From the NCBI GenBank assembly GCA_964016885.1, contig OZ024748.1:12648001-12712000 (forward strand): a DNA stretch of 64,000 nt. The letters run 5' to 3'. Within the stretch, counting starts at the first letter, position 1, and each line of letters opens with the position of its first letter. Origin of the DNA: Eledone cirrhosa. Lineage: Eukaryota. Below the pieces are notes generated by a model, which saw only the letters and a program-made list of their open reading frames with translations, was not told the origin of the DNA and ran no database searches. Positions 14,250 to 28,533 of this stretch are shown in pieces. The position numbers were made by a program, and so were the translations under genes.

Positions 14250-14460
14250 TCTATATATATGTATAACATTAACGGTATATATATATGTGTATATATATGC
14301 ATATTTACATGTATTATATATATATATATATATATATATATTCATATATATATATATATATATATATATGATTATAGGTAAGGAGAAAGATGTTGATATA
14401 GATATGTATATATGTATTTATATATATATGTGTGTGTATATATATATATATATGTGTGTG

Positions 14461-14587
<127 letters not shown>

Positions 14588-15008
14588 TTTCAGGTATGTG
14601 AACATAAATCTTCACGCTTGATAACATTGACTAAATGTGATTCAACATTTTTCCACCTTCTGATCTCTCACTCTCAATGTCTCTCTTTCTCCCTCTCTCT
14701 TCACCAGCCACACACTCTCTCTCTCTCTCACTCCATCTCTACCTGTTCTTCGTCTCCCCCTTCACACCCCTTCACATCCCCTCTCTTCATCTTTCTCTCT
14801 CAAATGCTTTATCTCTCTTTCCCCCTTTCTTTCTCTCAAAACTCCACACATTCTGTCTATTTAGTTTCGTATCTACCTAGCTAACACACACACACGCACA
14901 CACACACATCCACACACATCCACATATGCATACACATCCCCACTCACACACATACATGCATATCTATGTATATACACACACACATATATATATATACATT
15001 CGTAAATG

Positions 15009-15202
<194 letters not shown>

Positions 15203-15489
15203 GTTCATATATCATATATATACATATGTTCAATTTAAAGTATTTTAGCGGCATATAAACTTGTCATCTTATTTGCTGGAGTTATTTCCCCTTTGTTTAT
15301 TGTAAACGTTTTATTGGTTGATAAAAAGCAATTTTACTAATTGAAACATTACCAACAAATAAAGAAACATTATCAACAAAAACAAACATTATCAACAACT
15401 GTCAAACATTATCTATTACAATCATAGTCATTATTGATTACAATACATACATCTTAACTCACACACACACACACACACGCACACACACG

Positions 15490-15545
<56 letters not shown>

Positions 15546-15584
15546 TACACTCTCTCTCACACACACACACACATGTAAGTAACT

Positions 15585-15810
15585 AAAAGGTAAACAGAAA
15601 TAACAAAACAAACGACGCAGTACATGGAAGAAATATATTTGTTTAACGCTTGAAATAGCATGAAGAGAGTCTTCATGCTTCGGACACTAGTCCTTCATCG
15701 GGAGATAGAGTTAGAAATAGAAGATAATAGAAAGTGAGAAGAGGAAGGAACGGGAGAAAAAGAGGAAAAAGGGGGAGAAAAGCACGTGTGTATTCAGTTA
15801 GCCATCACGT
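15585..15810 (-). mobile_element. Hammerhead-bearing element family A, diverged copy (core CCGAUGA…GAAG)
   Basis: ggtaaacagaaataacaa…aacgcttgaaatagca…cggacactagtccttcatcg, matching the copies at 16335, 22955 and 36339. Confidence 0.75.
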
Positions 15811-16092
15811 ATATATATCTATATATGAATATATCTATATCTATATATATATGGGAGTGAAAAATACATGGATCAGCTATACATTAAGGCTTATTCCAAG
15901 TATTAACAAATGTTTCATTGGGCCGGTGTGTCTAAAAAATCGCTATCCGCAATGCTTCCATGACAATCAATTTTAAGTACAGTTATCACTAGCCAAATTG
16001 TCAAAAATACTAGTTCGGTTTTGTTGGTACAACGCATTTATACAGCTAATAACCTATACTTGGATTACCTACCTTAAACGATACTTCGTTTA

Positions 16093-16145
<53 letters not shown>

Positions 16146-16334
16146 TAGCGAGAATCGCATTTCGGCTATTGGAAATTAGCGAAAAGCAACTTCCGAGATG
16201 TGTGGCACGCGCGCCATAGAAGCGACCAAGCTATTCGGGTCAAACAAATAATAAAATATGATTGAAAATTATGATTGAAAATTATGGTTGAAAATTATAT
16301 ATAAATATATATATATATATGTATGTATGTATGA

Positions 16335-16545
16335 AACAGTTAAACAGAAAAAACAACACAATCGGTACAGTATATGGAAGGAGTATATTAGGTTAACGCT
16401 TGAAATAGCAGGAAGAGGGTCTTAATATTTCGGACGCTAGTCCTTCATCAGAAGAAAGAATGAGAAATAAGATAGAATGAAGAGACGGGCGGGGTGGAAT
16501 TGGGAAAAATGTCTTAAGATAAAAATAACAGGTCCATTCATGTTG
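16335..16545 (-). mobile_element. Family A copy with intact hammerhead core at 16420-16455
   Basis: Minus strand reads UCUU-CUGAUGA-A-GGAC-UAGC-GUCC-GAAA-UAUU-AAGA. Stem I is UCUU/AAGA and stem III is the palindrome AUAU. Confidence 0.85.
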
Positions 16546-16786
16546 AATCTATCTATATATATATATATATATTGGTAAAAGGAAAAGAAAATGCTGACAA
16601 ATTGTTCCCAGTGAAAAATAGTTTAATTAGGAATAAGTAAAAATTAGTAATAGTATTGGTTAGTATTCAGTTTTGGTTTTAAGTTTTACCGGTTGCGCAT
16701 TTCTAACGCTTTTCAAAAATAATTTTGAGATACAGCGCCCATGACGCCTGCTCTAATCTGATTAGTTTTGGAAATTCTACCTGCTG

Positions 16787-16822
<36 letters not shown>

Positions 16823-16825
<3 letters not shown>

Positions 16826-17141
16826 CAAATGAATATATGATAGGGACAAACACTGATACAAGTATACATGTGTTCGCATTGCAAATGACCATGTTAGCTA
16901 GATTGAAAAATACTTATTAAAATAATACGGTTTGCCTGTCTCGATTTAAAATAATAAATCAATAAAAACAAACCTATATTGGCAATATAGGTTTGTTTTT
17001 ATTGATTTATTATTTTAAATCGAGACAGGCAAACCGTATTATTTTAATTAGTATTTTTCAATCTAGCCAACATGGTCATTTGCAATACAAACACTTGTAT
17101 ACTTGTATCAGTGTTTATCCCTATCATATATTCATTTGTAT
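16823..17141. repeat. 319-bp near-perfect palindrome centred at 16982, adjacent to (TA)n
   Basis: Centre aacctatattg-g-caatataggtt; arms of 159 bp with a few mismatches. Confidence 0.92.
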
Positions 17142-17228
17142 TACATGGCTCAGAAATATTCCTTTCTTTGAGCTATTTAATTGTAAAAGACTATTTGAGT
17201 TTATAACTCTCTCTCTCTCTCTCCCTCT

Positions 17229-17306
<78 letters not shown>

Positions 17307-17699
17307 TAGTAGTCTAGTAATGGGGTCGGTTCTGCTTCTATATATCTTTCTTGCGTCCACTCTCTCACTTTCTACCCTTCTCTGGAAGAAATCTGCTGGA
17401 TTCAGACCTGGCGAGAGATGGGCTCTGCTAGGCTTTAAAATGCCCAAGAATATACATAGTTCAAGAAATGCCTTATGCCACTACGACCTCCCACGACTCC
17501 AACAGGAGTTACGGGACCATATAGAAATAGATACGAGTATAGATACAAGATTTCAATTATATTCTTTCAGATTCTTTATTTCATAATTATGTCTGAAGCC
17601 ATCGAGAAATCCCTCGTAAATTTGCAAGTTTTTTTACAGAAACATAGAAATACATACAAACCTACCAAGACATTTTTACACATATTTTAACACACACAG

Positions 17700-19370
17700 T
17701 GACGGTGTTGGTTGTGGTGTTGGTGTTGTTGTTGGTGTTGTTGGTGGGTATTCGTGGTCTTTTTGTTCTTGGTGTTGTTGGTTGTGCTGGTTGTGTTGGT
17801 GTTAGTTGTGCTGGTGGCTTTGGGTGGTGATTGTGTTGTTGGTGTTGTTGTTGATAGTGTTGGGGTTGGTGTTGATGGTGTTGGGGTTGGTGTTGGTGGT
17901 TTAGGTTGGTGTTGGTGGTTTAGGTAGTGTTTGTGACGTTGGTGTCGGTGGTTTAGGTGGTGTTCGTGGTGTTTGTGTTGATGGTGTTGGTGGTATTTGT
18001 GGTGGTGGTGTTGGTGTTGGCGATGGTGGTGGTGTCGGTGGTGTTAGTGGTGTTTGTGTTGATGGTGTTGGTGGTGTTGGTTTATGTGGTGTTTGTGGTG
18101 TTGGTGTTGGTGGTATTTGTGGTGGTGGTGGTGTTGGTGGTATTTGTGGTAGTGGTGGTGTTGGTGTTGGCGATGGTGGTGGTGTAGGTGTCGGTGGTGT
18201 TTGCGTTGGGGGGTGTTGTTGGTGTTTGTGGTGATGGCGTTGGCGATGTTGGTGGTGTTTGTGGTGTTTGTGGTGTTTGTGGTGTTGGTGTTGGCGATGT
18301 TGGTGGTGTTTGTGGTGTTTGTAGTGTTGATGGTGTTGGTGCTGGTCGTGTCGGTGTTGGCGGTGTCGGTGTTTTAAAAGATATGCTGTCTTTGTTTTAT
18401 ATGACAACTTTAAGAGCAGAACTTTCTAAGATAATAACTATGTATAAATATATAGCAGTCACATACATTGTCTATACAACATATCAGCTTGATGGTTTCC
18501 TCTCGTCATATACCATTGTGGTGGCGGGGGTGGAGGTTGTAATGGTGGCGGAGGTAACGGTGGTGATGGTGATAGTGATAGTGACTGTCATAGTTGTCAC
18601 TGCAGTAGTGGTGGTGGATGTGGTGGTGGTGGAAGATGTGGTGGAAGATGTGGTGGTGGTAGATGTGGTGGTGGTGGAAGATGTGGTAGGGTGGTGGTGG
18701 TGGATGTGGTGGTGGTGGAAGATGTGGTAGGGTGGTGGTGGTGGAAGATGTGGTAGATGTGGTGGTGGTAGATGTGGTGGTGGTGGAAGATGTGGTAGGG
18801 TGGTGGTGGTGGATGTGGTGGTGGTGGAAGATGTGGTAGGGTGGTGGTGGTGGAAGATGTGGTAGATGTGGTGGTGGTAGATGTGGTGGTGGTGGAAGAT
18901 GTGGTAGGGTGGTGGTGGTAGATGTGGTGGTGGTGGAAGATGTGGTAGGGTGGTGGTGGTGGTGGAAGATGTGGTAGGGTGGTGGTGGGGGGGATGTTGT
19001 GGTGGTGATGGTGATGGCGAGTGTGATGCTGTAGATGTGGTGTTGGTGGTAGATGTGGTGGCGGATGGATGTGGATGCGGTTGTGGTGGCGGATGTGGTG
19101 GATGTAGTGGTGGACTGGTGGACGTCGTGGTGTTGGTGGTTGGACGTCGTGGTGTGGTGGTGGTTGTACTTGTGGTGGACGAGGCGGCGGTAGTAGTCGA
19201 ACAGATGCTGGTGTTGGTGGTGGTGTTTTCGCTGTTTGTTGTAGCGGTGATGGTATTGATGATGATGATGATGATGATGATAATAATAATAAGGATGATG
19301 ATGATGATGATGATAATAATAATGATGATTATGGTGATGATGATGATAATAATAATGACCATGATCATCA
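17700..19370. repeat. (GGT/GTT)n-derived low-complexity region with a ggtggtggaagatgtggtag-type subrepeat and a (GAT/AAT)n end
   Basis: Directly visible, interrupted by unique sequence at about 18375-18515. Confidence 0.9.
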
Positions 19371-20075
19371 TTACTACCACCATCTCCACTATCTAGCCTT
19401 TTGTCATGACAGCTAAACCTCTTCTAACCACAGAAACCATCTATGAATAGTATTTAAATCTAGGATATGTCCATCACAACACAAAACCCTAAATATATTA
19501 GAATATGACGCTTTAAGCACAAGAAACCTTTAATATTCCGCAGAATATCGTATAAATTTGAAAGGATATAGCAAGGGAATTATTCAAGTATATACTACAC
19601 TGCTTGATGAAACAGTGTGTCGTTTCCGACTTACCTATGCAGGCTGCATGCTTACTTATCCTCAACCGGCCAAAAACACACATACAGATATTTAAAAGCT
19701 GATTTTATCAACATATGTACACTTTGTAAGGAAAGTGGAAGAAAATGTTACAATTCTCTCGAAGAACGTCTGGCGAAGGAAAATTAGACTAAATCTGCCG
19801 ACATCGCATACATTTACTGGAGTAAAAAATGTTGTAATGTTTAATAATAACCATTGAGACAGAACTGATTTTGACTTGCAGGCACAATTTGAAATTGTTG
19901 CTATCTATTCAATTCAAAATACCATTAAGGTCATACCACAGGAGACCATCATCTATTATTGTTTCAACAAACAACGACAAAAAAATATATATACACACAT
20001 ATATATATGCGCGTGTGTGTGTATAATAATGTATATACACACACTCTCACTTACACATACGCACACTCACACACA

Positions 20076-20121
<46 letters not shown>

Positions 20122-20124
20122 AAA

Positions 20125-20270
20125 ATTAGATGGATAAACACAAGAGACGTTGAAGTACAATAGAGATGTTTCATACTTAATATAGTAGGAAAACCTTTAA
20201 CGTCTTGGACGCTAGTCCCCCATCAGGATATAGAAGAAGAAAAAGAACGATACGGTAAGGAGTAGAATGT
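20125..20270 (-). mobile_element. Family A-related diverged copy with degenerate hammerhead core
   Basis: taacgtcttggacgctagtcccccatcag at about 20198-20226. Confidence 0.6.
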
Positions 20271-20310
20271 ATATATACACAGTATATATATATATATATA
20301 TATATCAATT

Positions 20311-20419
<109 letters not shown>

Positions 20420-21034
20420 ACCCACACACCCACACCCACATATATATATATATAATGCTGAAATGAAGTCATCGGATATGACCGAAATGCCTTCGGTCGT
20501 TTTCCCACTCACCCAATGCATTAATGAAGCCAGAATCGTTAAGAAACCAACCTAAAGGAAAGCGGAGTGCACACGTATACGTTAGATATTGAGAAAAACG
20601 ATTTCGTGTGGGTATACAGTTTGATTCTCTGGCCTGGACTAATGCATTAGTTTCTGCTGCTCTATCTGCTTGTGACAGTCTATATAGAGCTGGCGTGCAC
20701 AGAAATTAGGTAATGCTATTAAGCATTACGTAACTGGCTAAGAGCAGCTTCTTCAGCGTGGAATTAGCTTCTTCGGAACAGGTTAGTACGAGCCTACTGT
20801 TTTGGTTTGAACTCACCATTGCAGCAGCTAGCGCTACTTTCAGTGTCACGTGGCAGTGAAGAGGAGGCAAGCAGACACTGGCTATTTCAAAGAACGCATT
20901 TGCACGTTGTTTTCAAATTGAAAAAAAAAAACATACATACATACATACCCCCCCCCCCCCCCCCCCATATATATATATATATTCGTTTGTTTTGTGTCTT
21001 TACTGGACCTTTTTTTTCTGTTTCTCCATTGGGA

Positions 21035-21160
21035 TCCTGTCTCTATTTTGTACTCCTGAAGAAGGGAGACCCGACTCGTCGAACTTTCTTTCCTCTTTCC
21101 AATATAAAGCGTGAAACTAATAAGACTTTTTGTACCTTTGTTTGTTGTCTCCTTGTACTA
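21035..21160 (+). mobile_element. Family C short element (hammerhead-like CUGAAGA-A-GGG-AGA-CCC-GACUCGUC) ending at (TA)n
   Basis: Reverse-complement match to 22778-22905 (aatataaagcgtgaaac…aagactttttgtacct). Confidence 0.7.
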
Positions 21161-21239
21161 TATATATATATATATATATATATCCCCTCTCTCTCTCTTT
21201 TTCTTTCTCCCCCTCTCTCTCTCTTTCTCTGTATATATA

Positions 21240-21301
21240 TAGTTCGTATCTAGCTGTCGAAACGGCCGGAGCTCAGCCGTCGGGATCCTGAATCTTTCCC
21301 T
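21240..21301 (+). mobile_element. Family B single arm
   Basis: agttcgtatctagctgtcgaaacggccggagctcagccgtcgggatcctg. Confidence 0.85.
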
Positions 21302-21306
21302 ATATA

Positions 21307-21368
<62 letters not shown>

Positions 21369-21544
21369 GCCCATGTGAGCCTATAAACACATTTTTCTGA
21401 ACAGTGTATATGATCAAATGCAATGCACGTCACATTGAAGCTATGTTGTCGCTATGTAATAAATAGAAAAATAACTGAAACATTGTGACTTTTATGTTTT
21501 CTATCTGCCTTCAACCTATTCTATATATTTTATTTCCTTTCTTT

Positions 21545-22080
21545 CCCTCTCAGTCCCCCTTTCTCGTTCTTTCTCTCCCTCTCAGGCCCCTCTCTCTTTC
21601 GTTCTTTCTTTCTCTCCATCTCAGCCCCCTTCTTTCCCTATCTATTCCCTCTCTCTCCCTCTCAGTCCCCTTTTCTCGTTCTTTCTCTCCCTCTCAGGCC
21701 CCTCTCTCTTTCGTTCTTTCTTTCTCTCCATCTCAGCCCCTTTCTTTCCCTATCTATTCCCTCTCTCTCCCTCTCAGTCCCCCTTTCTCGTTCTTTCTCT
21801 CCCTCTCAGTCGTCTGTCTCCTGTTCTTCCTCTCTATCTCAGCCTCTCTCGTTCTTTCTCTCCACCTCAGCTCCCCCCTCTCTCTCTTGTTCTTTCTCTC
21901 CACCTCAGCCCCCCCCTCTTTCTCTTGTTCTTTCTCTCCATCTCAGCCCTCCTCTCTCTCCCTTTCGTTCTTTCTTTCCATCTCAGCCCCCTCACTCTTT
22001 CGTTCTTTCTTTCTCTCCATCTCAGCCCTTCTCTCTCTCTCTCTCGTTCTTTTTCTCCATCTCAGCCCCCCTCTCTCTCT
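21545..22080. repeat. Pyrimidine-rich minisatellite, unit about 30-39 bp
   Basis: Recurrent ctcagccccctctctctttcgttctttctttctctccat. Confidence 0.85.
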
Positions 22081-22455
22081 TTCTCTCTCTCACTCTCTTT
22101 CTCTATATATATGTCTCTTTTTCTCCCTCCTTTGTTAGTTTTATTGTTGTTGTTGTTGTTGTTAAAACATTGCGTTAGGAGCTGATGTAAACCATTTTTA
22201 TAACACCAGCAAAAAAAAGAAAACAAAAACTCAAATGTTTGTTGGGGTGTTATTCTTAACTATCTTCTTTGTTATATGTCCTTTCATAATCCAGCATGTA
22301 GCATACAAATACGATATCAGCCATTGCTAGTGCTTAGCCAATCAAATTTAGAGAGTTTTCTTTGTTTTTGTTGTTGTGGTTGTCGAATCAAATTTGAAAA
22401 GAAAAGAAAAATAGTTTGTTTGCGAAAACTTCTCATTTGTATATTATGGACTGAA

Positions 22456-22644
22456 ATAATTGTTTCTATTTTAGGCACAAGGCCAGCAATTACCCAGTAC
22501 TTTACTCGTACTTTATTTTATCGACCCCCGTAAGGATGAAAGGCAAAGTTAACCTCGGCGGGATTTGAACTCAGATCATAAAGGGACGTAACTCTATGCT
22601 TCAAAGCATGGTGTCCGACTCTCCACCGATACTGCCAATCCACC
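22456..22644 (-). mobile_element. SINE family 1, near full length
   Basis: Reverse complement of the consensus. 11-bp TSD actgaaataat at 22450-22460 and 22645-22655. Confidence 0.92.
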
Positions 22645-22777
22645 ACTGAAATAATAAAAGTTAAACGACGGACGGAGCTAAGGAACCCAAACTGTTACAT
22701 ATATGCACACACGCACACGCACACACGCACACACACACGCACACACGCACCCCCCCACACACACATATATATGTGTA

Positions 22778-22905
22778 TAGTTCAAGGAAACGCCAAAACA
22801 GAGGTACAAAAAGTCTTGGTTTCACGCTTTATATTGAAAAGGAGAAAGAAAAGTTCGACGTGTCGTGTTTTAGTCCTTCTTCATGAGTATAAAAATAGAG
22901 ACAAG
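22778..22905 (-). mobile_element. Family C copy
   Basis: Reverse complement of 21035-21160 with a degenerate core (AUGAAGAAGGAC…GACACGUC). Confidence 0.7.
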
Positions 22906-22954
22906 AGAGATACAGTGAATAAAAGGCAGTCCGTATATGTATATTTATATATGC

Positions 22955-23292
<338 letters not shown>

Positions 23293-23402
23293 AAAATATC
23301 TATCTATCTTTCACTTCTCACCCTCTCTCTCCCTTTGCAATGCTGTTTACTACTTTGCCACACAACATACACTGTGTATGTATGATTATAATAACAATAG
23401 AG

Positions 23403-23551
23403 AGATCCCGTTAAGGGTGAAAGCAGCAATTCTTTGCTTAAACTTTAATCTGTTATTTTAATAAATATTTGCTCTACGGTTCTTATATATTTGATATATA
23501 TTTATCCTTATCGAGCCCTCTTTGGATTTTAGTCTTCAAATTTATTATTAT

Positions 23552-23556
<5 letters not shown>
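23403..23556 (+). mobile_element. Family D copy ending at (TA)n
   Basis: agatcccgttaagggtgaaagcagc…ttggattttagtcttcaaatttattattattac. Confidence 0.85.
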
Positions 23557-23606
<50 letters not shown>

Positions 23607-23965
23607 TATAGAGAGAGAGAGATACGCACACATTTATACATTCCTACATGCACGTACATACACGCAAAAACGCATACATACACACACATCTGAAATATTT
23701 ATGCTAAAACACACCTTATATTTGAAGAGTTAAGATAAGTTTAATACAGTGTTCGAATTAGAACCTTTCGTAACGAAATAACTGAGTGTAAAGTATAAAC
23801 ATGTTTTACTATTCCTCATTCCTCCATAAAAAAACCTCAAAGAACATGAAAGACTATCTTTTTGTATTTCAGACATTTTTGTCTTTCCATCAGAGATCGA
23901 CGACCTCTAGACCTTCCTCTGTATACGGAAGAATATTACCATAGTAACTCTATATATGTCATACA

Positions 23966-24021
<56 letters not shown>

Positions 24022-24655
24022 TGTATGACATATATATATATATATATATACAAGGCTGTGGTGAGATTTGAGCGTGGGGGAAAGAGGATGGCGGTGTTGT
24101 TGGGTCTATGTGATTTGATGCCAACAAACATGTTTCCTAAAACAACTTTCTATATTTTGCTAACATCTAAAACCTTGGAAAAAAATATAGAGAACCAAAA
24201 AAATGAATCTAGAAAATGATAAGGTTGTAGATATATAAATATTCATTTAAAGAGCTAGTCGCCATTTTATCACAAATTTCCATAGCGGTATACTTCTAGA
24301 TTTCTTCTTCTTCTTCTTCTTCTTCTTCTTCTTCTTCTTCTTCTTCTTCTTCTTCTTCTTCTTCTTCTTCTTCTTCTTCTTCTTCTTCTCTCTATTGTTA
24401 TTATAATCATACATACACAGTGTATGTTGTGTGGCAAAGTAGTAAACAGCATTGCAAAGGGAGAGAGAGAGAGGGTGAGAAGTGAAAGATAGATAGATAT
24501 ATCTAGAGAGAGGGAAGTGAAATATAGAGAGAGTGTGAGAGAGAGTGTGTGTGCGTGCGTGTGAGAAAGAGAAGGAGAGAAATGAAAGATAGATAGATAT
24601 ATCTAGAGAGAGGGAAGTGAAAAATAGAGTGAGAGAGTGTGAGAGAGAGAGAGAG

Positions 24656-24695
<40 letters not shown>

Positions 24696-24999
24696 AAAAA
24701 GAGAAAAAAGAACTATTTCTTTGATTACTTTATCGAACCAGAGAACAGGATCGATCCCCTCTCCTCCTCATTTATATTCTAATATATTAGACTTCTTTGT
24801 ACTTTTCTTCCATCTTGGATCAGGTGTTAAATCCGCTGTTGTCATTGTTGTTGTTGTTATTTTTGATGTTGCTATTCTTGTTGTTATTGTTGTTGTTATT
24901 TCTATATATTTTCTGGTTGGTTGGTTGGCTTGATGGATGAATGGTTGGATGGGTTTTCGTAAGACCGAACAGGCTTCTTAAAGAAGCATGCAAATATAC

Positions 25000-25047
<48 letters not shown>

Positions 25048-25049
<2 letters not shown>

Positions 25050-25237
25050 GAAAAGAGTCAGGAACCCGACGGCTGAGCTCCGGCCGTTTCGACAGCTAGT
25101 TCAGAACTAACTGTCGAAACAGCTGGAGCTCAGCCGTCGGGGTCCTGACTCTTTTCCTATTACGCACTCTACTACCCAAAGTATCGAGTACTCTGGTGTG
25201 TTATGGTCCACCTGGTTCCTTACCACACTTCCTTTGT

Positions 25238-25240
<3 letters not shown>
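25048..25240 (+). mobile_element. Family B: 55-bp hairpin (centre 25103) plus tail, between (TA)n tracts
   Basis: Arms at 25048-25102 and 25104-25158; tail ctctactacccaaagtatcgagtactctggtg…ggttccttaccacac. Confidence 0.9.
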
Positions 25241-25268
<28 letters not shown>

Positions 25269-25516
25269 TATTAATATATATGTCTCTATGCACCACCTAA
25301 GAGAACATTAGTCTACGACCTCTTTTATACCATAAACGTGGTTTTGTCTTTGCGCGTAATTGTTTTTCACCGCTCCTATTAATGACGTATTATTCGTTTT
25401 TTCCCGTTCTTTGCCAGCGAACGTTACCACGAACCAAAGTATCGTCTTCCTGTCTTCCTCCGGTTGCAACGTTTTTTGAAATATCCAGTTCTGCGTTTAC
25501 AGATTGACTTTGTTAG

Positions 25517-25671
25517 TTTCAGAAGATCCCATTAAGGGTGAAAGCAGCGATTCTTTGCTTAAACTTTAATCTGTTATTTTAATAAATATTTGCTCTACGG
25601 TTCTTATATATTTGATATATATTTTCCTTATCGAGCCCTCTTTGGATTTTAGTCTTCAATTTTATTATTAT

Positions 25672-25676
<5 letters not shown>
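25517..25676 (+). mobile_element. Family D copy beginning with hammerhead-like CAGAAGA-UCCC-AUUAA-GGGU-GAAA
   Basis: Matches 23403-23556 and ends at (TA)n. Confidence 0.85.
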
Positions 25677-25718
<42 letters not shown>

Positions 25719-26193
25719 CAAAATAAATGAGGGACATGCAATACGTTTAAAACCAAATTATTATCCAGGATTGACCTCTGCTGTAAATGAACTTTTATCC
25801 AAGATTGGCTGGTTGGGCCAACCTTAATTGGCATCAGTATTAATAATTATATCTTCTCTGAGGATTCTATACCAATAGCATTAACAACAAAGTATACACG
25901 TGCGTACACGCACACTGTTACTAGCTGTGGTATGGATGAAACATAATCTATGAAGTAAAATTTGGTTTTAGACGTATTGCACCTCTCTAATTTATTTTGC
26001 TTATACTTGCTTTGCTTGCCTTCTTCATTAAATATTAAGCCCTCTTTAATATTTAACACTGCAACTCTTAGCATCGAGGACACCCCGCCTCGGCTATCGG
26101 CATCTAGCATACTGTATCAAAGTTTTTTTCTCTCTCCTCCTTTCCTATGATACATATCTCCTCTTTAATTATATGTATATATATATATATATT

Positions 26194-26414
26194 TATTTAT
26201 TAAAATAACAGATTAAAGTTTAAGCAAAGGATCGCTGCTTTCACCCTTAACCGGATCTTCTGAATCTCAGTTTCAGAAAATCCGGTTAAGTGTGAAAGCA
26301 GCGATACTTTGCTTAAACTTTAATCTGTTCTTTTAATAAATATTTGCTCCAGGTTTTTTATATATTTGATATATATACTTATCCTTATCGAGCCCTCTTT
26401 GGATTTTAGTCTTT
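26194..26414 (+). mobile_element. Family D with 5' fold-back (hairpin 26194-26342, centre 26268)
   Basis: tatttattaaaataacagattaaagtttaagcaaag…tctgaa-tctcagt-ttcaga…ctttgcttaaactttaatctgttcttttaataaata. Confidence 0.88.
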
Positions 26415-26426
26415 CTGAATATACGT

Positions 26427-26750
26427 CTGTAGTTTGAGAAATGGAAAAATTGAGAGAGGGCACTTGCCCTGGTGGTCAGGGTGGCCGTGGTCTTTTGTGC
26501 GGTTTTCGTCACGAGTAACTCTCAGAGGTTTCCCCCCTATTGGGGAATTTTTTCATTGTTTCAATTTTCATTTTTATTGTTTATATATATATATGTTTCT
26601 ATGTCTTTTTAAAATTTTTTTTATAAATAAAAAAAATCTTTACACGCACAAAACCCACATCGTACCGTCCTGTACTCTCCTGTGCCGTCTGTAATGTTTT
26701 TCTTGATGCCAGCCCTTGTGGCCAATAAAGAAATCATTATTATTATTATT
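26427..26750 (+). mobile_element. Tx1/L1-like LINE 3' UTR
   Basis: ctgtagtttgag…cccctattgggga…gcccttgtggccaataaagaaa followed by (ATT)n; same landmarks as 30920-31165 and 62160-62615. Confidence 0.6.
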
Positions 26751-26873
26751 GTTATTACTCTTTGAGTCTCAGTCATTGATGTTAGTTAACTGGAAAGTTT
26801 GTTGAGATGAATATCAAGCCACTACCTGCAGCCTTAGATATTCAGGACGTATCGGAGTGTTCTTGCTGTTCCC

Positions 26874-26964
<91 letters not shown>

Positions 26965-28185
26965 TACACACTCACATATTCTCGACTGATGTATAAAAAC
27001 ATATACGTATCAATTGTATACATTGGTCTCATTTGAAAGACAATTTGCCAGAGTTTAGAAGCTAAAGGTTTGAATAAATGTCAATCTAGTCTAGAGTTTT
27101 CCTAAACTACAAAGATCCAAAAGACCGGAGTTTATCTCCCTTTGCATAACGGGGTATGGATGAAAGGAAATCTAACCTTGAACAGAGACGCTTACCATAT
27201 CGTACATCTATATACACTCAGACCCTGATTTTAAACACACGTTGCTGTTTATATGTACTTTGAATGATTTCACTGCCCCTGCTCCGTGTTAATACTGAAA
27301 TTGCTCTTTCTGCGCAACTCTCTCATCATTCTCTGGGGAAACGCATTTTCTATCTCTGTCCGCTAGTGCCGCGGGGCTACCAGCGCATGGTCCTGCATTT
27401 GCTCAAAATAGTGAGAGTTGGGGAGAGCGAGAGACATGGAGGCAGTGACAGTAGGAGTTTAGTTCCTTTGTGTTTGGACTTGGTGTGGATATGTATATAT
27501 TTATTTACCGCATCACACAGAGATTGATAGTTTATATGTTGTGTTAAACATATTGAGTTCACCCGTGTTATTTAATAAACACTATAAACACTCTAAACAT
27601 TCAAAGAATATTATAAAGATATTTAACATATATCATCATATAAATTATAAAAATTATAAATATTTTAAACATTATAAGAATTATAACGCTTATAAATATT
27701 TAATATACTTTAAACATTTTAAGCATTCAACGAATATTATATATATATTTAATATATATTATTTGAAATTTGATAAATAATATTTAATATTTAATATTTA
27801 ATTAATGTGATTTTATATTAAATAGGTATTATCTGAAATTAAATAAATTTAATAAATATAATTTAACATTCAATAAATATTATTTAATCAATGTTATTTA
27901 ATATTTAATCAATATTATCATTAATAAATGATGTTTCATATTAATAATAAATATTTTAATAGTATATATATTTTAATAGTATGTATATTAATAGTATATA
28001 TATTGTACAAAGTGTGTATAAATGAATATATATTAAGTATACAATGCATGGGCACACACGCAGACACACACACACACACACACATGTGTGTACGTAGGTA
28101 GATATGTGCGGGTATAAATGAATCATTATGTATTTTTGTGGTGTTCCAGTATGTATGCATAATTATATATATATGTATATATAAA

Positions 28186-28281
<96 letters not shown>

Positions 28282-28282
28282 A

Positions 28283-28313
<31 letters not shown>

Positions 28314-28496
28314 AATGTATATATATATATATAATATATACATATATATAGATGCATATATATATATATATGTATCTATATACATATATATAAATATAAG
28401 TATATAAATGTATACATATATACAGATGTATACACATATACAGTATATACACAAGAACACACGCACATTCATATTTATGTCCAACATCTCTCTCTC

Positions 28497-28533
<37 letters not shown>

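Noticed and set aside
17420-17690. Unique segment with short ORFs and a tttcag acceptor
   Set aside because: No convincing donor or recognisable protein motif.
20520-20900. GC-richer unique segment resembling a decayed transposase
   Set aside because: The minus-strand frame translated by hand was short and stop-interrupted with no identifiable motif; a database search is needed.
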